64,000 nt of DNA from Gammaproteobacteria bacterium (GCA_965221955.1 CBDCTA010000029.1:288001-352000); one strand, 5' to 3'. Shown: positions 37,068 to 47,188, counted from the first letter of the stretch. Numbers and translations are program-made. Notes: a model not told the origin generated them from the sequence alone.

Positions 37068-37327
37068 GCTACTCTGTCTCTTTTGTTATTTGTTCACGTT
37101 CTTTATTGTATCACTAGGTGTTTGATTTATTTAGTTTTCAATCACTAAATGTAGTTTTTATGTTAACAAATATTCCGAACTCTCTAATTTTCTTGGCTAT
37201 TAGTCTTACTAAAGCTTTCTATAAGTGGTTTTAATCCATTTCAAGAAGCTAGACAGCAACTGCATAGAAATTTCCAAGCGAATAGTGCAAGGCTGTTAAT
37301 TAGCTGCTTTTTCGAATTCTATTTTTG

Positions 37328-37421
37328 TGTAATAAAAATCACGTTTTTAATTAACATTAGAATTCACTCCTGATTAATCTGCAAAATAATTAATCACAAT
37401 TACTTTGTAATTAATATCACA
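37328..37421. promoter_or_regulatory. Two CRP-box-like sites in the cyclase/porin divergent region
   Basis: TGTAA-N6-TCACG (37328-37343) and TGTAA-N6-TCACA (37406-37421). Confidence 0.5.
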
Positions 37422-37511
37422 TTTGATCCGTATGTATTTTCACTGATGCGTATTTATTAATTCGATTAAATATTTTCACGGCGAACATACAGAAATGCGC
37501 GAAGCATTTTT

Positions 37512-37793
37512 ATGAAAAACGTGAAAAATTTTTATCAATTGACTCTATTTATATTCGTTATTTTTTTGTTTTTGCAGCCAGTAAATTCATCTGATACAGA
37601 AATAGCAACTATAAATGAGAGTTCAGAAGTAGCTAGAAAAAATCTAATCATCTGTAGTAATGATTATTTCTCAAATTCTAAGTTTGAGTACAAAACACAT
37701 TTCGTAACTAGCTTTAGATTCACGCTTTCTGAAAAAGACTGTTTGCCAACATATTCAGAGTCACTTGAAAACAAAAGACTGTATTCAAAGTGA
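37512..37793 (+). CDS. Small secreted hypothetical protein
   Basis: Signal-peptide-like N-terminus; two Cys. Confidence 0.45.
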   Translation: MKNVKNFYQLTLFIFVIFLFLQPVNSSDTEIATINESSEVARKNLIICSNDYFSNSKFEYKTHFVTSFRFTLSEKDCLPTYSESLENKRLYSK

Positions 37794-37845
37794 ATCGTAC
37801 TGATTCGGGGAACCTAGTCATTAAACATAAAGCGGAGAGAGGAAA

Positions 37846-39246
37846 ATGAAAAAAATAGGATTTTTAGTATTGCTAATATCAATGATGATGCCATTTATAG
37901 TGAATGCTGGTGGTGTTTCTGGAGGGAATGCAAATTCAAATTGGACAATTTATGGTTGGCAAAATTGGTCACTCAATTTTCAATCCATTGATGAAACGAG
38001 TATTGATCCTACAGACACGGTTAATACGGGATTTGGTGGACCTAATGAACGAGAAGTCGATTTTATCAGTATGGATAATGAAGCGGCAAACATTGGTTTC
38101 GCTTCATCAATTGACACAGGCGTATCGGTTGCAGGCCAAGCAGTAAAAGCGAACTTCCAATGTGAAATGTTTACCTATTTCAATCGGTTCAGTGATTTCA
38201 CTTTTAATAATCTTTGTAGTCGTAACAGTAAGCTTGGGATAAGTGGTCCTTGGGGTGAAGTGATGTTTTCTGCTTGGCTAACTCCCTACAACGAAATTAC
38301 GGCACAATGGATAGATCCTTTCTATGATGCGGGTAACCAAACACATTCAACCTTAATGGGTTTGTCTGGTTTTGGTTCATCTTATGGAAACGGCGGATTT
38401 GACACTGCTTTCGGAGCAGGTATGGCAAACATTGGTTTCATGCGCCGCAAACCTGAACTATGGCAATGGTGGTCACCCAATTGGGGTGGATTACAGTTGC
38501 GCGTAGGCTGGTCAAATTCTAACTCTGCAGTAGGCTTTGGTCACGAAGAGCAACAAGTCGCTGATATCAATGGAGCAATTCAAGAGCATGACCCTTCAAT
38601 GCTGTCTATAGGAGCTGCGTATACACACAACTTCGGCAACGATGAATTATGGATTGGTTTTGGTTACCAACAACATGATGAATGGGCTGCGGTTGATTTT
38701 GAATGTTCTGATTCAGATGATGATACATGGCGTCTTGCGGGGCGCTACATTCATGACTGGGGCAATGGTCATAACACTCGTATATCTCTCGCTTATGAAG
38801 AAATGTCATGGGAATGGGATGAGTGTGCCGATACTGGTGGTGGTGCAGGCGCACTTGCAAATGGTCCTTTTCAAGCTGCATTGACTACTGATGGAAACAT
38901 CGATGTCGAGCGGGATGTTTGGTTAATTTCAGGCAAACACGATTTCCCTGGCCCACTGGATTTCAGATTCATGTATGCGGAAGCAGATGATTTTGATTGC
39001 AGTAACAATAGTACAGTAGCTGGCCAAAGTTGTGGTGGAATTGATGAGTCCAGCTCAGGTGCTGAACAGCTGTCTCTGGGTTTGTATTACACCTTGCCAG
39101 CTGGAACAGAACTACGTCTTGTTTATGGTGAAGTGGATAATGACCGGAACTCTGCAAACTCTTGGGGCATCAATGCTTCTGGCCATACTGTTGTACAAGG
39201 TGGTAAAGCAGAAACCATTCAAGTCGGTGTCGTACAATGGTTCTAG
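37846..39246 (+). CDS. Outer-membrane porin (Gram-negative porin family)
   Basis: Signal peptide; TIYG, SRNSKLGISGPWG, WSPNWGG; C-terminal aromatic F. Confidence 0.85.
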   Translation: MKKIGFLVLLISMMMPFIVNAGGVSGGNANSNWTIYGWQNWSLNFQSIDETSIDPTDTVNTGFGGPNEREVDFISMDNEAANIGFASSIDTGVSVAGQAVKANFQCEMFTYFNRFSDFTFNNLCSRNSKLGISGPWGEVMFSAWLTPYNEITAQWIDPFYDAGNQTHSTLMGLSGFGSSYGNGGFDTAFGAGMANIGFMRRKPELWQWWSPNWGGLQLRVGWSNSNSAVGFGHEEQQVADINGAIQEHDPSMLSIGAAYTHNFGNDELWIGFGYQQHDEWAAVDFECSDSDDDTWRLAGRYIHDWGNGHNTRISLAYEEMSWEWDECADTGGGAGALANGPFQAALTTDGNIDVERDVWLISGKHDFPGPLDFRFMYAEADDFDCSNNSTVAGQSCGGIDESSSGAEQLSLGLYYTLPAGTELRLVYGEVDNDRNSANSWGINASGHTVVQGGKAETIQVGVVQWF

Positions 39247-39306
39247 TGTGAATAATCGAAATACTCCTCAATAATAACTAAAACATAGGGATTTACTCGA
39301 GCATTG

Positions 39307-39336
39307 ACCGGGCTTCTTTTGAAGCCCGGTTTTTTT
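39307..39336 (+). terminator. Intrinsic terminator after the porin gene
   Basis: ACCGGGCTTC-TTTT-GAAGCCCGGT followed by a T-run. Confidence 0.85.
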
Positions 39337-39354
39337 ATGTTCTGAAAAATTCTT

Positions 39355-40524
39355 TTGGGACTTGATAAAATTGCAGCTTGTACTATAAAGAGCTGTGAGA
39401 TGATTTATTACGATCGTTTATTAATTATATTAGTAGCAAGCTATTGTGTTTTATTTGATGCAGCAGCAATTGAATTAGAGCCATATATAGAGGGTTTACA
39501 CAAGCCTATACTCCTTACACACATTCCTGAAATAAAGGCACAAAATATTGTTGTTGAAAAAACAGGTAAAATATTTTCCTTTAATAATAAAAAAGAAAAG
39601 CATCTTTATCTCGATGCATCTTCGCTGGTTACCTCGCGCGGAAGTGAGCAAGGTTTATTGTCCATTGCATTTCATCCGAAATTTTCTGAAAACGGCTATC
39701 TATTCATCTTTTATACCGCAAAAAATGGCGACAACACTTTGGCACGATTAACAGTCACTCCGCCATACGCAAGTCAAACTAATTTGCAAACTCTTGAAGT
39801 ATTAATTGCACAAGAAGATCCCGCATCAAATCATAATGGAGGTATGTTGGCGTTTGGATATGATGGCTATTTGTATTTAGGTATTGGTGATGGCGGAAGT
39901 GGTGGAGACCCCTGGAACAATGCACAAAATCTTGAGAATTTTCTGGGAAAAACTTTACGTATTGATGTCAATGACAGTAGAGGTTATTCAATTCCAAAAG
40001 ATAATCCCTTTGTTGGACAAGACAACACCTTGCCTGAAATTTGGGCGTATGGATTGCGTAACCCATGGCGGCATTCTTTTGATCGAGAAACGGGTGATTT
40101 ATGGATTGCCGATGTAGGGCAAAATAAATGGGAAGAAATTCATTGGCAATCAGTGGATAGCACGGGTGGAGAGAACTACGGTTGGCGCTTAATGGAAGGG
40201 AATCATTGTTTCTTGCCAAAAAAAGATTGCCAGAATAAAAAATATGGAGACTTGGTAAAACCTGTTGCAGAATATTCACATAAACAGGGTTGTTCTGTTA
40301 CAGGAGGCTATGTTTATCGTGGCGAAAATATTAAAGAATTGTATGGCAAATATATTTTCGGTGATTTTTGTACAGGCATGATCTGGACAATTGATAAATA
40401 TAATAACTTTTCTATGCAAGAATTAATGAAAACAGATCTAAAAATCAGTTCCTTCGGTGAAGATGCCGTTGGAGAGCTTTATGTAATAGACTATCGAGGT
40501 AAAATTTTTAAATTTGTGCCTTAG
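39355..40524 (+). CDS. PQQ-dependent glucose/sorbosone dehydrogenase-family protein (start probably near 39400)
   Basis: EQGLLSIAFHP.F, NHNGG, GDGG, YGLRNPWR.SFD, ISSFGED. Confidence 0.9.
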   Translation: MGLDKIAACTIKSCEMIYYDRLLIILVASYCVLFDAAAIELEPYIEGLHKPILLTHIPEIKAQNIVVEKTGKIFSFNNKKEKHLYLDASSLVTSRGSEQGLLSIAFHPKFSENGYLFIFYTAKNGDNTLARLTVTPPYASQTNLQTLEVLIAQEDPASNHNGGMLAFGYDGYLYLGIGDGGSGGDPWNNAQNLENFLGKTLRIDVNDSRGYSIPKDNPFVGQDNTLPEIWAYGLRNPWRHSFDRETGDLWIADVGQNKWEEIHWQSVDSTGGENYGWRLMEGNHCFLPKKDCQNKKYGDLVKPVAEYSHKQGCSVTGGYVYRGENIKELYGKYIFGDFCTGMIWTIDKYNNFSMQELMKTDLKISSFGEDAVGELYVIDYRGKIFKFVP

Positions 40525-40531
40525 TATTTGA

Positions 40532-41059
40532 ATGCTATATAAAGTTAACGTACTCATAGCGATTATAGTTTTAATGGGGTTATTCAATACTACTTCTGCC
40601 AATGAACTCGATGTTGGCATAGCAGCGCCATCATTTAAATTAGCTGATCAAACAAACACAACGCATAAATTAAGTGACTATCTAGGAAAATGGGTAGTGC
40701 TTTATTTTTATCCTAAAGATGACACACCTGGTTGTACGAAAGAGGCTTGTGCATTTCGTGATGACATCGCTACATTACAAAATCTTAATGTTCAGATTTT
40801 TGGTGTTAGCGTTGATGATTCGGAGAGTCATGCAAAGTTTGCAGAAAAGTATAGTTTACAATTCCCGTTATTAGCTGATATTGGTGGCGATGTTGCGGGC
40901 CGATACGGGTCATTGACAAAAATTGGCCCATTAAAGTTCGCAAAACGTCACACTTTTATTATTGATCCTGAAGGTAAGTTAGCTAAGATCTATCGTAGTG
41001 TGAAGCCTGCTGCACATAGTGATGAGGTAATTGCAGATATCAAACTGCTGCAAAAATAA
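40532..41059 (+). CDS. Peroxiredoxin (BCP/PrxQ) with signal peptide
   Basis: YFYPKDDTPGCTKEAC. Confidence 0.92.
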   Translation: MLYKVNVLIAIIVLMGLFNTTSANELDVGIAAPSFKLADQTNTTHKLSDYLGKWVVLYFYPKDDTPGCTKEACAFRDDIATLQNLNVQIFGVSVDDSESHAKFAEKYSLQFPLLADIGGDVAGRYGSLTKIGPLKFAKRHTFIIDPEGKLAKIYRSVKPAAHSDEVIADIKLLQK

Positions 41060-41095
41060 ACTCTTATGATCTGATATAATCCAATCTTACAACCT

Positions 41096-41278
41096 CACTA
41101 AAGGTGTCCTTGCTCACTTTGTGCCAAGGATGAAACAGGGAAGTCTGTGAAAGACAGACGCTGCCCCCGCAACGGTGATTGGGTTTCAGTAGTTCGAAAA
41201 CCACTGTGTTCTAAGAACATGGGAAGGTGAACCACTAAGTCTTTGACTGCTCATCAGCCCGGAGACCGGCCTTATGTG
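41096..41278 (+). ncRNA. Cobalamin (B12) riboswitch
   Basis: AAACAGGGAAGTCTGTGAAA..CTGCCCCCGCAACGGT..CCACTG..GGGAAGG..AGCCCGGAGACCGGCC B12 box; TATAAT at 41075; upstream of btuB. Confidence 0.93.
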
Positions 41279-41379
41279 AATCAGGAAACTGCGGCGGGCG
41301 GTTCTAGCTGAAGTCTTATCACAAGCTTGCTTGTGCACTTAGCTGTGTGTCCGTTACGTAAATTTATATAGGATACATC

Positions 41380-43287
41380 ATGCAAATATTATTTCGTTGT
41401 TTATTATTAATTATTTTTACTCATAGTGCCGTCGTTGCATCGAGTGACGATATCGTCGTGTTAAGCGCTGCAAAAGTTGCTGTACCTGAGAAAGAAGTTG
41501 GTGGGTCTATATCGATTATTTCCAGAAAAGAAATTGAAGATCATAATGCTTTGTCAGTGGTTGATTTATTGCGAATTATTCCGGGAGTTGCGATTAGCCA
41601 ATCAGGGCCATTTGGCTCATTAACACAAGTCCGTATAAGAGGGTCTGAGGCGAATCATGTGCTTGTATTGATTGATGGTGTTGAGGCAAATGACCCTGCT
41701 AATGGCTCAGAGTTTAATTTTTCCTATTTAAATCCAGAGAGCATCGAGCGTATTGAAGTTATACGTGGATCGCAAAGCTCAATATGGGGCAGTGATGCGC
41801 TTGCAGGAGTGATTAATATTATTACTCGAACCGGCAGTGACGATACTAAATTTACAAGTTTAGCTGAAATCGGCACACACGATTTTTTTCGTAGTTCAGC
41901 ATCTATGTCAGGTCGTTTGAGCAAACTAAAATATTATTTGCAGGGTGCTTATACAGATACGAATGGCGCAAATATTTCAGAACTAGGTTCCGAAAAAGAT
42001 GAATATGATCAGTCTGAATTCGTATTTAATGCACAGTATGAAATCAAACCGGAAGTAGTATTTGGATTGAATGTTAGACAGATTGACTCAGCTAATGACT
42101 TTGATGATTTTTCAATTATCACTGGTAAGCCTACGGATGCAGATAATAAAACCAATACAGAGCAATTTTATGGAATATCCTACTTAAAATTTTCCATGCT
42201 TGAAAATCATTGGAACCAAAAATTAGCAATTAGCCTTACCGATACACGTAATCAAAATGAAGATGGTTTTGGCAAAAGAAGAACAGAAGGAGAAAAATTA
42301 AAATTTGATTATTTGTCCGAAATAATTTGGGATACAAATCTGTTTTCTGGCGAGTCACACAAAATACTTTTTTCAGTCGAGCGAGAAAAAGAACATTATA
42401 AGCAAAGAGGCGTTATTTCATTTAATGATCCAAATCAAAATCAAAATATTACCAACTTTGGTTATGCAGCAGAATATCATCTAGGTCTATGGGAGCGGTT
42501 GTTTTTATCAGCTTCGTTAAGAAAGGATGATAATGATGAGTTCAAAGATCGTGATACGATGCGATTTTCCGCAGCTTATAATTTTTCAGATTTAGGCACA
42601 AAATTGCGTGCTTCTTATGGAACAGGTGTAAAAAATCCGAGCTTTACAGAGTTATTTGGTTTTTTCCCTGATTCATTTGTAGGCAATCCTGATTTAAAAC
42701 CTGAAAAGTCAGAATCGTGGGAGTTTGGATTTGACCAATCTTTAGTGGCGGATACCGTTCATATTGGAGCAACATTTTTTTGGGAAGACTTAAAAGATGA
42801 AATTGCAATCCAAAGCTTAGGATTTCCTTTAAGTACTGCAGAAAATTTGGATGAAAGAAGTGAACGAAATGGTGTGGAAGTTTATTTTGATGCGAATGTA
42901 AATCATCAGATAGATATTAGAGGTTCATATACATATACTGACTCTACAGCCCCAGACACAAATGGTGTTCAAATTCGGGAAATTCGTCGGCCGAAAACAA
43001 TCGCTAGTTTGCAATTAAATTATGAATTGTTACCAGGAAAATCAAATTTTAATGCTTCGTTGAATTATGTCGATGAACAAATTGATTCTGATTTTTCGAC
43101 TTTCCCTGCTGGTGAGGTAGAGCTAGATGACTATTATTTGTTTAATCTCAGTGGGTCATATCACTTAACTGATAATTTTAATTTATATTTAAGAGTTAAT
43201 AATTTGTTTGATAAGTCTTATCAGGACGTATATGGATTTGAAACGCTTGGTCAAACTATATATGCAGGGCTTAGAGTAAATTTGTAA
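41380..43287 (+). CDS. btuB: TonB-dependent cobalamin receptor
   Basis: Plug motifs IRGSEANHVLVLIDGV and IERIEVIRGSQSSIWGSDALAGVINIIT; NLFD..Y; under a B12 riboswitch. Confidence 0.88.
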   Translation: MQILFRCLLLIIFTHSAVVASSDDIVVLSAAKVAVPEKEVGGSISIISRKEIEDHNALSVVDLLRIIPGVAISQSGPFGSLTQVRIRGSEANHVLVLIDGVEANDPANGSEFNFSYLNPESIERIEVIRGSQSSIWGSDALAGVINIITRTGSDDTKFTSLAEIGTHDFFRSSASMSGRLSKLKYYLQGAYTDTNGANISELGSEKDEYDQSEFVFNAQYEIKPEVVFGLNVRQIDSANDFDDFSIITGKPTDADNKTNTEQFYGISYLKFSMLENHWNQKLAISLTDTRNQNEDGFGKRRTEGEKLKFDYLSEIIWDTNLFSGESHKILFSVEREKEHYKQRGVISFNDPNQNQNITNFGYAAEYHLGLWERLFLSASLRKDDNDEFKDRDTMRFSAAYNFSDLGTKLRASYGTGVKNPSFTELFGFFPDSFVGNPDLKPEKSESWEFGFDQSLVADTVHIGATFFWEDLKDEIAIQSLGFPLSTAENLDERSERNGVEVYFDANVNHQIDIRGSYTYTDSTAPDTNGVQIREIRRPKTIASLQLNYELLPGKSNFNASLNYVDEQIDSDFSTFPAGEVELDDYYLFNLSGSYHLTDNFNLYLRVNNLFDKSYQDVYGFETLGQTIYAGLRVNL

Positions 43288-43853
43288 TGTCAAATAGATT
43301 AACAAAAATTTATACCAAAACAGGTGATAAAGGCGATACTGGGTTATCGACTGGGTTACGTGTTCGTAAAGATTGTCCACAAATACATGCGATCGGCGAT
43401 GTTGACGAGTTGAATTCAGTGTTGGGCATGGTTATGGCTCATGATATACCTAAAAAATTAAAAGAAACGTTTATAACTATTCAACATCAATTATTCAATT
43501 TGGGCGCAGAGCTAAATAATGCTGAACTAACCTTTATGAATAAACATATTGTTAAAGAATTAGAAGATAAAATTGATGAACTCAACCAAACACTTCCGCA
43601 GCTAAAGAATTTTATTTTACCAGGAGGTGGGCGTGCGGCCGCGACATGTCATTTAGCGCGCGCAGTATGTCGTCGTGCAGAACGTAGCGTAGTCATGTTA
43701 AGTGAAAAAAATGACCTCAACCCTCAGCTACAAATTTATCTAAATCGTCTTTCTGATTTTCTATTTGTTGCATGTCGAGTGTTAGCCAAGCATGCAGGTG
43801 AGAAAGAAACCCTTTGGTCAAGCAAAACAATAGCGCAGGGGACATATTATTAA
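43287..43853 (+). CDS. PduO-type ATP:cob(I)alamin adenosyltransferase
   Basis: KIYTKTGDKGDT, GDVDELNS, FILPGG, RAVCRRAER, YLNRLSD. Confidence 0.93.
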   Translation: MSNRLTKIYTKTGDKGDTGLSTGLRVRKDCPQIHAIGDVDELNSVLGMVMAHDIPKKLKETFITIQHQLFNLGAELNNAELTFMNKHIVKELEDKIDELNQTLPQLKNFILPGGGRAAATCHLARAVCRRAERSVVMLSEKNDLNPQLQIYLNRLSDFLFVACRVLAKHAGEKETLWSSKTIAQGTYY

Positions 43854-43854
43854 C

Positions 43855-44745
43855 TTGGGAATTGATTTAGGCGGCACAAAGATTGAAGTCTTGGTGATTG
43901 ATAGTGGAGGTCAGGAGGTGCTAAGAAATCGAGTTGTTACTCCTAAAGATAATTATCAAGAAATTATTTCATCAATAGTAGGTTTAGTGGATGATGCAGA
44001 AAAACAATTAGAACAAGAATGTTCTGTAGGCATTTGCACACCAGGTTCTTTATCTCCAGTTTCGGGTTTGTTGCGAAATTCCAATACAACTTGTCTTAAT
44101 GGCCAGCCATTCAAAAAAGATCTCGAAACAAATTTAAACAAAGAAATACGAATTGCGAATGATGCAAATTGTTTTGCCTTATCTGAAGCTATGGATGGTG
44201 CAGCACAAGATGCGGGTACTGTTTTCGGTGTAATCGTGGGTACAGGTACAGGTGGTGGGATTGTTATTGATAAGAAAGTACTAATGGGAGGGAATGCAAT
44301 TGCAGGTGAGTGGGGGCATAACCCCTTGCCATGGCCAGAGAAAAGTGAGCATGGTTTATCGAAGTGTTGGTGTGGACAAGAAAACTGTATTGAAACGTTT
44401 CTATCGGGCCCGGGTTTGGCGAAAGATTACCAACGTTCCACGGAAAAAATAATTAGTGCAGAACAAATTGTTGAATTAGCGGAACAAGGAGATTCTGCTG
44501 CGGAAGAGGCCTTAAAACGTTATGAGCATCGCATGGCAAGAAGTTTTGCACATGTCATTAATATAGTTGATTCTGATGTCATCGTCTTAGGAGGTGGCAT
44601 GTCGAATGTAATGCGTTTGTATGAGAATGTACCTAAGTTATGGAAGCGGTGGATTTTTTCTGATTGTGTAAATACTAAGTTAATGCCACCGAATTATGGT
44701 GATTCCAGTGGAGTTAGGGGTGCCGCATGGCTATGGAACAATTGA
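43855..44745 (+). CDS. ROK-family sugar kinase (Mak/fructokinase-like)
   Basis: GIDLGGTKIE, NDANCFALSEA, GEWGHNPLP, CWCG..NCIE, GDSSGVRGAAWLW. Confidence 0.9.
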   Translation: MGIDLGGTKIEVLVIDSGGQEVLRNRVVTPKDNYQEIISSIVGLVDDAEKQLEQECSVGICTPGSLSPVSGLLRNSNTTCLNGQPFKKDLETNLNKEIRIANDANCFALSEAMDGAAQDAGTVFGVIVGTGTGGGIVIDKKVLMGGNAIAGEWGHNPLPWPEKSEHGLSKCWCGQENCIETFLSGPGLAKDYQRSTEKIISAEQIVELAEQGDSAAEEALKRYEHRMARSFAHVINIVDSDVIVLGGGMSNVMRLYENVPKLWKRWIFSDCVNTKLMPPNYGDSSGVRGAAWLWNN

Positions 44746-44763
44746 GTAAGCTATAATTTAATT

Positions 44764-45279
44764 ATGATTCAAAACCGTATTCAGCCAAGCTATTTAATTG
44801 GGATTGTGTTGGTGCTAGCGCTGTCTCGCTTAGTGCCACATCCGCCTAATGCAGTACCTATTGCAGCGATGGCCTTATTTGCGGGTGCTTTTTTTACCCA
44901 TCGTCCTTTGGCGTATCTTGTGCCTATTGCAGCCATGTTTATTAGCGATGCACTCATTGGTTTTCATAGTACGGTTTGGTATGTGTATTTGGGTATGGCG
45001 TTGATTGTACTGATAGGAAGCCAGTTAAAACGAATCAGTATTATAAGTGTTGGGGTAAGCGCATTATTGGCATCAATTGTTTTTTTTCTAATTACAAATT
45101 TTGGCGCTTGGTTGCACCATGATATGTATACACAAGACCTAAATGGCTTGCTACATGCTTATGTGGCAGGTCTACCATTCTTGCGGAATGCAGTAATTGC
45201 TAATCTTCTATTTTCTTATCTCATATTTTACGGCTTAAGTGGTCTTTTTGACATAAAAACTGCAGCAAAATCTACTTAA
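44764..45279 (+). CDS. DUF6580-like putative transport membrane protein
   Basis: SRLVPHPPN..PIAAMALFAGA, FFLITNF..W, Y.AGLPF. Confidence 0.7.
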   Translation: MIQNRIQPSYLIGIVLVLALSRLVPHPPNAVPIAAMALFAGAFFTHRPLAYLVPIAAMFISDALIGFHSTVWYVYLGMALIVLIGSQLKRISIISVGVSALLASIVFFLITNFGAWLHHDMYTQDLNGLLHAYVAGLPFLRNAVIANLLFSYLIFYGLSGLFDIKTAAKST

Positions 45280-45340
45280 ACATCTCAATTTAGACTCACT
45301 CTAATCGTGTGACGTTCTGTTGCATATGATCAGTACGAAA

Positions 45341-45491
45341 TGTGTGCTGTATCACAAACAATCCTATCGTGCTATTTAAAATATACATACAGATTTTATT
45401 TCGACAGATTAACTTTCTGATATGGATTGAAAGTTCATCTCCTGGCAAGGATGCCTTGACCCGCAGTTGTTAGTTCGACTGCGGGTTTTTT
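45341..45491 (+). ncRNA. Candidate CRP-dependent small RNA (CRP site, -10 box, ~100-nt body, terminator)
   Basis: TGTGT-GCTGTA-TCACA (45341-45356), TAAAAT (45377-45382), GGA-loop hairpins, terminator ACCCGCAGT..ACTGCGGGT-T-run on the + strand. Confidence 0.45.
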
Positions 45492-46257
45492 ATTTTTTAA
45501 TTCCTAAAATTATATCTTTTGTACGTAGCAGCTTTAATGTCTGTGCACCACCTATATACACAGTTTCTGGGTTTGGGTGGTTGGTTTGTTTAATAATTTC
45601 GTCCAGTAATTCTTGGCCGGTTTTAGTGTTATCTTCCGAAAGCATGCTGATTAACATCGCAGTTATAGGATTCAGTTCCATAAAATTGACTTTGTCTTGT
45701 TTATCTCTGTACATCATTAGAAAGTTTGGTTGCTCATCAGCTTGTGTAGGATGAAAGCTGGGTTTTAGTCGATGCACTGGAAAGTGATAGCTGTGCATTT
45801 GGACGAGGGGGGATAATATAGGCACCCCATTTAATAAATCGCCCGCGACATCAATGTTCGACAAATCTGGTTCGACATCAGTAAAGGTTAGATGTATTTC
45901 AATCCATTCATAGTGAGCGAGTTCTTGAATAAAAATCGGGTCTTCGGGCTGAGGCTCACGCTCATTTTGTATGTAGTGTAAGAATTCTTTAGAAATATCT
46001 TTGAAATAGGGTGAAACAGATTGATGATTTGCAAAAAAAGCACGCACCATTTTGTGCCAATCTTCTTCACTATAAAATTTATGTAACACTGGGAAGGCGT
46101 TGTCGATAAAGCCTTTAACGTTGCGGTAGAAAAGACCACGGTAAACCTCCATACGGCGGTCTTCAATATCGCTTGGTGCACTTGCGTGTTCCGGATCTCT
46201 TAAATGTGCAGTAAATTCGTACTGGACTTTTTTGAATTCAGAATTCTCGCTAGTCAT
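45490..46257 (-). CDS. DUF2063 RiPP-recognition partner (HvfC/BufC-like)
   Basis: Q..FTAHLRDP, RRMEVYR.LFY.N, FPVL, SPYF..IS.EF, ELAHYEWIE. Confidence 0.88.
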   Translation of the reverse strand: MTSENSEFKKVQYEFTAHLRDPEHASAPSDIEDRRMEVYRGLFYRNVKGFIDNAFPVLHKFYSEEDWHKMVRAFFANHQSVSPYFKDISKEFLHYIQNEREPQPEDPIFIQELAHYEWIEIHLTFTDVEPDLSNIDVAGDLLNGVPILSPLVQMHSYHFPVHRLKPSFHPTQADEQPNFLMMYRDKQDKVNFMELNPITAMLISMLSEDNTKTGQELLDEIIKQTNHPNPETVYIGGAQTLKLLRTKDIILGIKK

Positions 46258-46271
46258 TTTTCCATTCTCGA

Positions 46272-47135
46272 CTAGCTTGCTTTTGCAACCGCTTGATTAG
46301 AAATGTCCCATTTATTTTGTAAATCACGTATGGTGTGAACTTCTTGCATAAGTTCATTCAGTGGTGGGAAGTTAAAATCTCGTTCGAGTAACGTCGGCAT
46401 ATTGCCAAATAATTCATAGGCCTTATCTAAAATATTCCAAACAGGGTCAATTACATTTGCACCGTGCGTATCGATAATCAAATCTTCCGCTTCATTGTAA
46501 TGGCCTGCTACATGACAGTATGCGACACGATCTCGAGGGAGTGACGCTAAAAACTCCATTGGGTTATAGCGATGGTTAATCGAATTTACATAAATATTAT
46601 TAACATCTAATAACAAATCGCAATCAGCCTCTTCTAAAACAGCATTGACGAAATCAATTTCATCCATTTCTTTACCAGGTGCAGCATAGTAAGAAACATT
46701 TTCAATCGCTATCCGTCTTTCTAGTATTTCTTGTACTTTTTTGATTCGGTCAGCAACGTAATGTGTCGCTTCTTCTGTAAAAGGAATGGGCATTAAGTCA
46801 TATAGGTGACCTTGGTCGGAGCAATAACTCAGATGTTCGCTGTAACAACGAATATCATGTTCATCTAAAAACTTTTTTACTTCTAAAATAAATTTTTCAT
46901 CTAATGGTGCGGGGCTGCCTAAAGATAACGATAAACCATGTGTGACAAATGGAACTTTTTCAGTAAATGCACGAAAGCGTTTACCGAGTTTCCCACCCAT
47001 GCCGATCCAATTTTCTGGAGCAACTTCCATAAAGTCGATTTCAGCAGGAAAAGCAGTTTCCAATTCATCCATGAGGTCTCGGCGTAAACCAAGACCTGAA
47101 CCTGAAACTGGATAAGTTTTTTGTGTTGTTTGCAT
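46272..47135 (-). CDS. DUF692 multinuclear non-heme iron oxidase (MNIO; HvfB/BufB-like)
   Basis: GLGLRR, EVAPENW, HGLSLSLG, SEHLS, ENVSYY, LLLDVNNIYVN, HVAGH, IDTHG, LLERD. Confidence 0.95.
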   Translation of the reverse strand: MQTTQKTYPVSGSGLGLRRDLMDELETAFPAEIDFMEVAPENWIGMGGKLGKRFRAFTEKVPFVTHGLSLSLGSPAPLDEKFILEVKKFLDEHDIRCYSEHLSYCSDQGHLYDLMPIPFTEEATHYVADRIKKVQEILERRIAIENVSYYAAPGKEMDEIDFVNAVLEEADCDLLLDVNNIYVNSINHRYNPMEFLASLPRDRVAYCHVAGHYNEAEDLIIDTHGANVIDPVWNILDKAYELFGNMPTLLERDFNFPPLNELMQEVHTIRDLQNKWDISNQAVAKAS

Positions 47136-47161
47136 AATAATCAGTTTACCTTAGCAGAAGA

Positions 47162-47188
47162 GACCGCACTACAGTTCCAGTACTTACA
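47162..47188 (-). promoter_or_regulatory. Putative ECF-sigma promoter upstream of the MNIO gene
   Basis: Minus strand TGTAA-N17-CGGTC; same motif and spacing upstream of the precursor gene. Confidence 0.55.
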
